Origin: Reclinomonas americana ATCC 50394
Taxonomy: Eukaryota
Direction of reading: 5' to 3'
Assembly (NCBI GenBank): GCA_048213135.1
Contig: PS015099.1
Location: 8,547 to 57,656, forward strand
Length of the DNA stretch: 49,110 nucleotides
Within the stretch, counting starts at the first letter, position 1. The number at the start of each line of letters is the position of its first letter. The translations under genes and the position numbers were made by a program. Below are positions 46,918 through 49,110 of this stretch, one piece after another. The notes beneath the pieces are model-generated. The model searched no databases and had not been told where the DNA came from. It worked only from the letters and a program-made list of their open reading frames with translations.

Positions 46918-49110
46918 ATGGACGACGGAAGGTTTCACGTGACTGTGAAGCTCGACAATCGCCGTGCATTCCCGTTCCACATTGATGGTGTGTGTGCGTG
47001 TGTGTTCGCGTGTCTGCTGGCGACTGTGGAGTGATGCATGCCTCATTCGGTGGGTGTCACATCATCATCATCAGAGACAACCACCCCGTCCGACATCAAG
47101 TGGGAGATTGCGGATGTGGCCAATGATGTGCTTGTGGTGCCACCGGTGAGTGTGTGAAAGGGAGACTCTGGCGCAGAATTGTGGTGGCCTCCAACACGCT
47201 CTCACACACACGCGCCCGTTTTCTGTTTTCTGCGCAGACCATGAAAATCGTTCGTGCGGGCAAGGTCATGGGCGACGGCACACCCATCATGGACACCGAC
47301 ACCACCTCGGGTTCTGTGCTGCACATGACAGCCACGGGACCACTTGGCATTTGGGTCCGCTATGGTGAGCATTCTGTGTGTGTGAACCCGTTTTCCGTTA
47401 TTTTCGCTCCAGCACATCGTATTAATATTCCCCAAAAACAGGATTGCGAAAAGCGCATCGGCTGGACACACGACCTGCCGATAGTTGCGTCGTCGCCTGT
47501 ACATGTACTCTTAAAGGGAGCTTTGCTGGAGGGGGCTGGATCTCCTCTCCTTCTTGTGTGATTCTAAATTGTCGTTTATTCTGACCCTGTGCCCTTTCCT
47601 TCACAGTGGAGAAGCTCACGGTCGGCGACCTGAAGCGCACGATCACGCAGCTGACGGGCATTCCCGACACGCAGCAAGAGTACGCGGCGCCGTTGAATGT
47701 GCCACGCATTGCGCAGCAGGATGCGCTGCGACTGGCCGACTTGCTGCCGACGGGTGCCTACGGTGCCATGTTTACGCTCATTGTCAGCAACCCGGAACTG
47801 GTCGACGTGCCGGCGGTGGTCCGCGTGCGCACCACCAACGGCTCCGATGCGGTGGAAGTGCAGACCGAGTGTTGCGTCGCCCTGCAATGCGCAAGAGTGC
47901 ATGTCGTGGCTGCCTGCTCACATCTCTCTCTTGTATCAGTGACGGAGCCTGTCTCCAACCTCAAGTGGGCCATTTGCTACAAGACTGGCTGGGCGGCCTT
48001 TGCCATTCCGCTCTGCAAGGGCAACAAGGTCCTCAAGGACAACTTGAGGTGTGTGCACGTGATCATTGTTTTGAATTCCGAGCTGCAACTCACTCGCAAC
48101 CCTCGCAGTTTGATGGAGCAAGGCGTGTGCGACGGCGACGAGCTGTGTGTGTACTCGAGTCAGTGGCCTGGCATGTACGTGATGACGAAGCATCGCACGG
48201 CGATCCGTCTCGATCCGCACCCGAGTGACACGGATCGCCTGACGGTGTTTGACATGAAGCGCATTACGATGGAGGAGACTGGAGTGCCGATGGAGAGCCA
48301 GGTGAGTGCACTAGTGCCTCCCTCTACAGTCTCGATGTTCGCACTGTGGCTGACCCTTTTGCGCGCCCACAGTGGTATGCTGGACTGGACGGAGTGCACG
48401 AGAGCACGCTGCTGGCCAGCCTGCTGATGGGCGACAACATTGGCTGCGTGTTTGTGTTGCAAACTGAGCCGCCGGCTGGCTACCATGGCCAGCGTGCCCA
48501 CTCGCCCACTCGCGCACGCTCTCCGTCTCGCGCTCGATCTCCGTCTCGACCTCGCTCACCATCGCGAGCGCGTTCACCGACCAGCTCCTCCCGACAACAT
48601 CACGGTCACCACCACAGCAACAGTGGTGGTGGCGGCAGCGGCGGCGGTGGTGGAAACGGACAAGCTCCGAGCACGCCCCGTGGCAGCTCGATTATCGAGG
48701 CGCGCGACCGGCAGCGTCAGAGCATTGGCACTCCACGACAGCGCCACTCGCGCAGTCACATGGATTCGCCGCGCATGCAACGCCCGGACACGACCACGTA
48801 TCTCGAGTCGCCGAGCACGCCGCGTACACCTCGCGGTAGCGCATCCACTCGCACCGTCGACTCGCCGTCGGCGTACTCGGACGCGAGTTCGTACATGGAG
48901 GCGCCACTGACGCCACGCAACCACTACCATCCGACACCAGTGCAGCAGCAACCGCCGCCGCCACCGCCGCAGCAGCAGCTGGCTCACCCGCAGCCGTACC
49001 GCCCGCAGCCTGTAAGACCACAGCCGCAGCAGGCTCAGGAGCCACCGCAGTCGCCACGCATGCGTCGCTCGAACAGCATCTCGCAACTCGACCTGCAGTA
49101 CCAGCAACAC
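46918..49110 (+). CDS. multi-ubiquitin-like-domain protein, paralogue of 44188-46800 (3' partial, 7 introns seen)
   Basis: MDDGRFHVTVKLD..TTPSDIKWEI..TMKIVRAGKVMGDGTPIMD..VLHMTATGPLG..LTVGDLKRTITQLTGIPDTQQEY..PVSNLKWAI..VLKDNLSLMEQGVCDGDELCV..LTVFDMKRITMEETGVPMESQ. An RSP-repeat/Gln-Pro-rich tail then runs off the window. Confidence 0.8.

Noticed and set aside
1743-47877. Reading GTTGCGT sites as non-canonical TT donors (G|TTGCGT)
   Set aside because: Retaining the G in the exon frameshifts the downstream exon in the cases checked (e.g. Hsp70 26155, WD40 5393). The introns are GT-AG; only 4842 is ambiguous.
1-49110. Transposons, tRNA/rRNA/snRNA genes, introner-type repeated introns
   Set aside because: No transposase or RT motifs, no recognisable structured RNA, and short introns share no sequence beyond splice signals.

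Overview
This window is eukaryotic, GC-rich, gene-dense draft-assembly DNA with several N gaps. It probably comes from a flagellated protist (an ARMC2-like gene is present), but the taxon cannot be fixed from sequence alone. Genes are split by many short GT-AG introns (mostly ~55-110 nt, CTGAC/CTCAC-like branch points), so the ORF track shows only fragments; I rebuilt the gene models by hand. Contents in order: a NACHT-pentapeptide-WD40 STAND protein; an ARMC2-like protein; a very large putatively N-myristoylated armadillo-repeat protein; a catalytically degenerate lid-less Hsp70 in tandem with a canonical EEVD Hsp70 (the contig between them appears flipped); a coiled-coil protein; a head-to-head pair of novel paralogues; a secreted EPTP/EAR-repeat protein; a fucosyltransferase-like type II membrane protein; a secreted EGF-repeat protein; and a second head-to-head paralogue pair of multi-ubiquitin-like proteins, one with a C-terminal SAM domain. 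The main discovery is a two-class 5' splice-site code. When the exon ends in G, donors are ordinary (G|GTGCGT, G|GTGAGT, G|GTTTGT). When the exon ends in A, C or T, most donors are a one-base-shifted form, |GTTGCG(T) or |GTTGAG(T). By hand count this is about 36 of ~46 non-G donors, versus about 1 clear case among ~97 G-ending donors, or roughly a quarter of all introns. Homologous introns in paralogues and in EGF repeat units switch class according to the last exonic base. A probable 1-nt (or 7-nt) micro-exon is also present.
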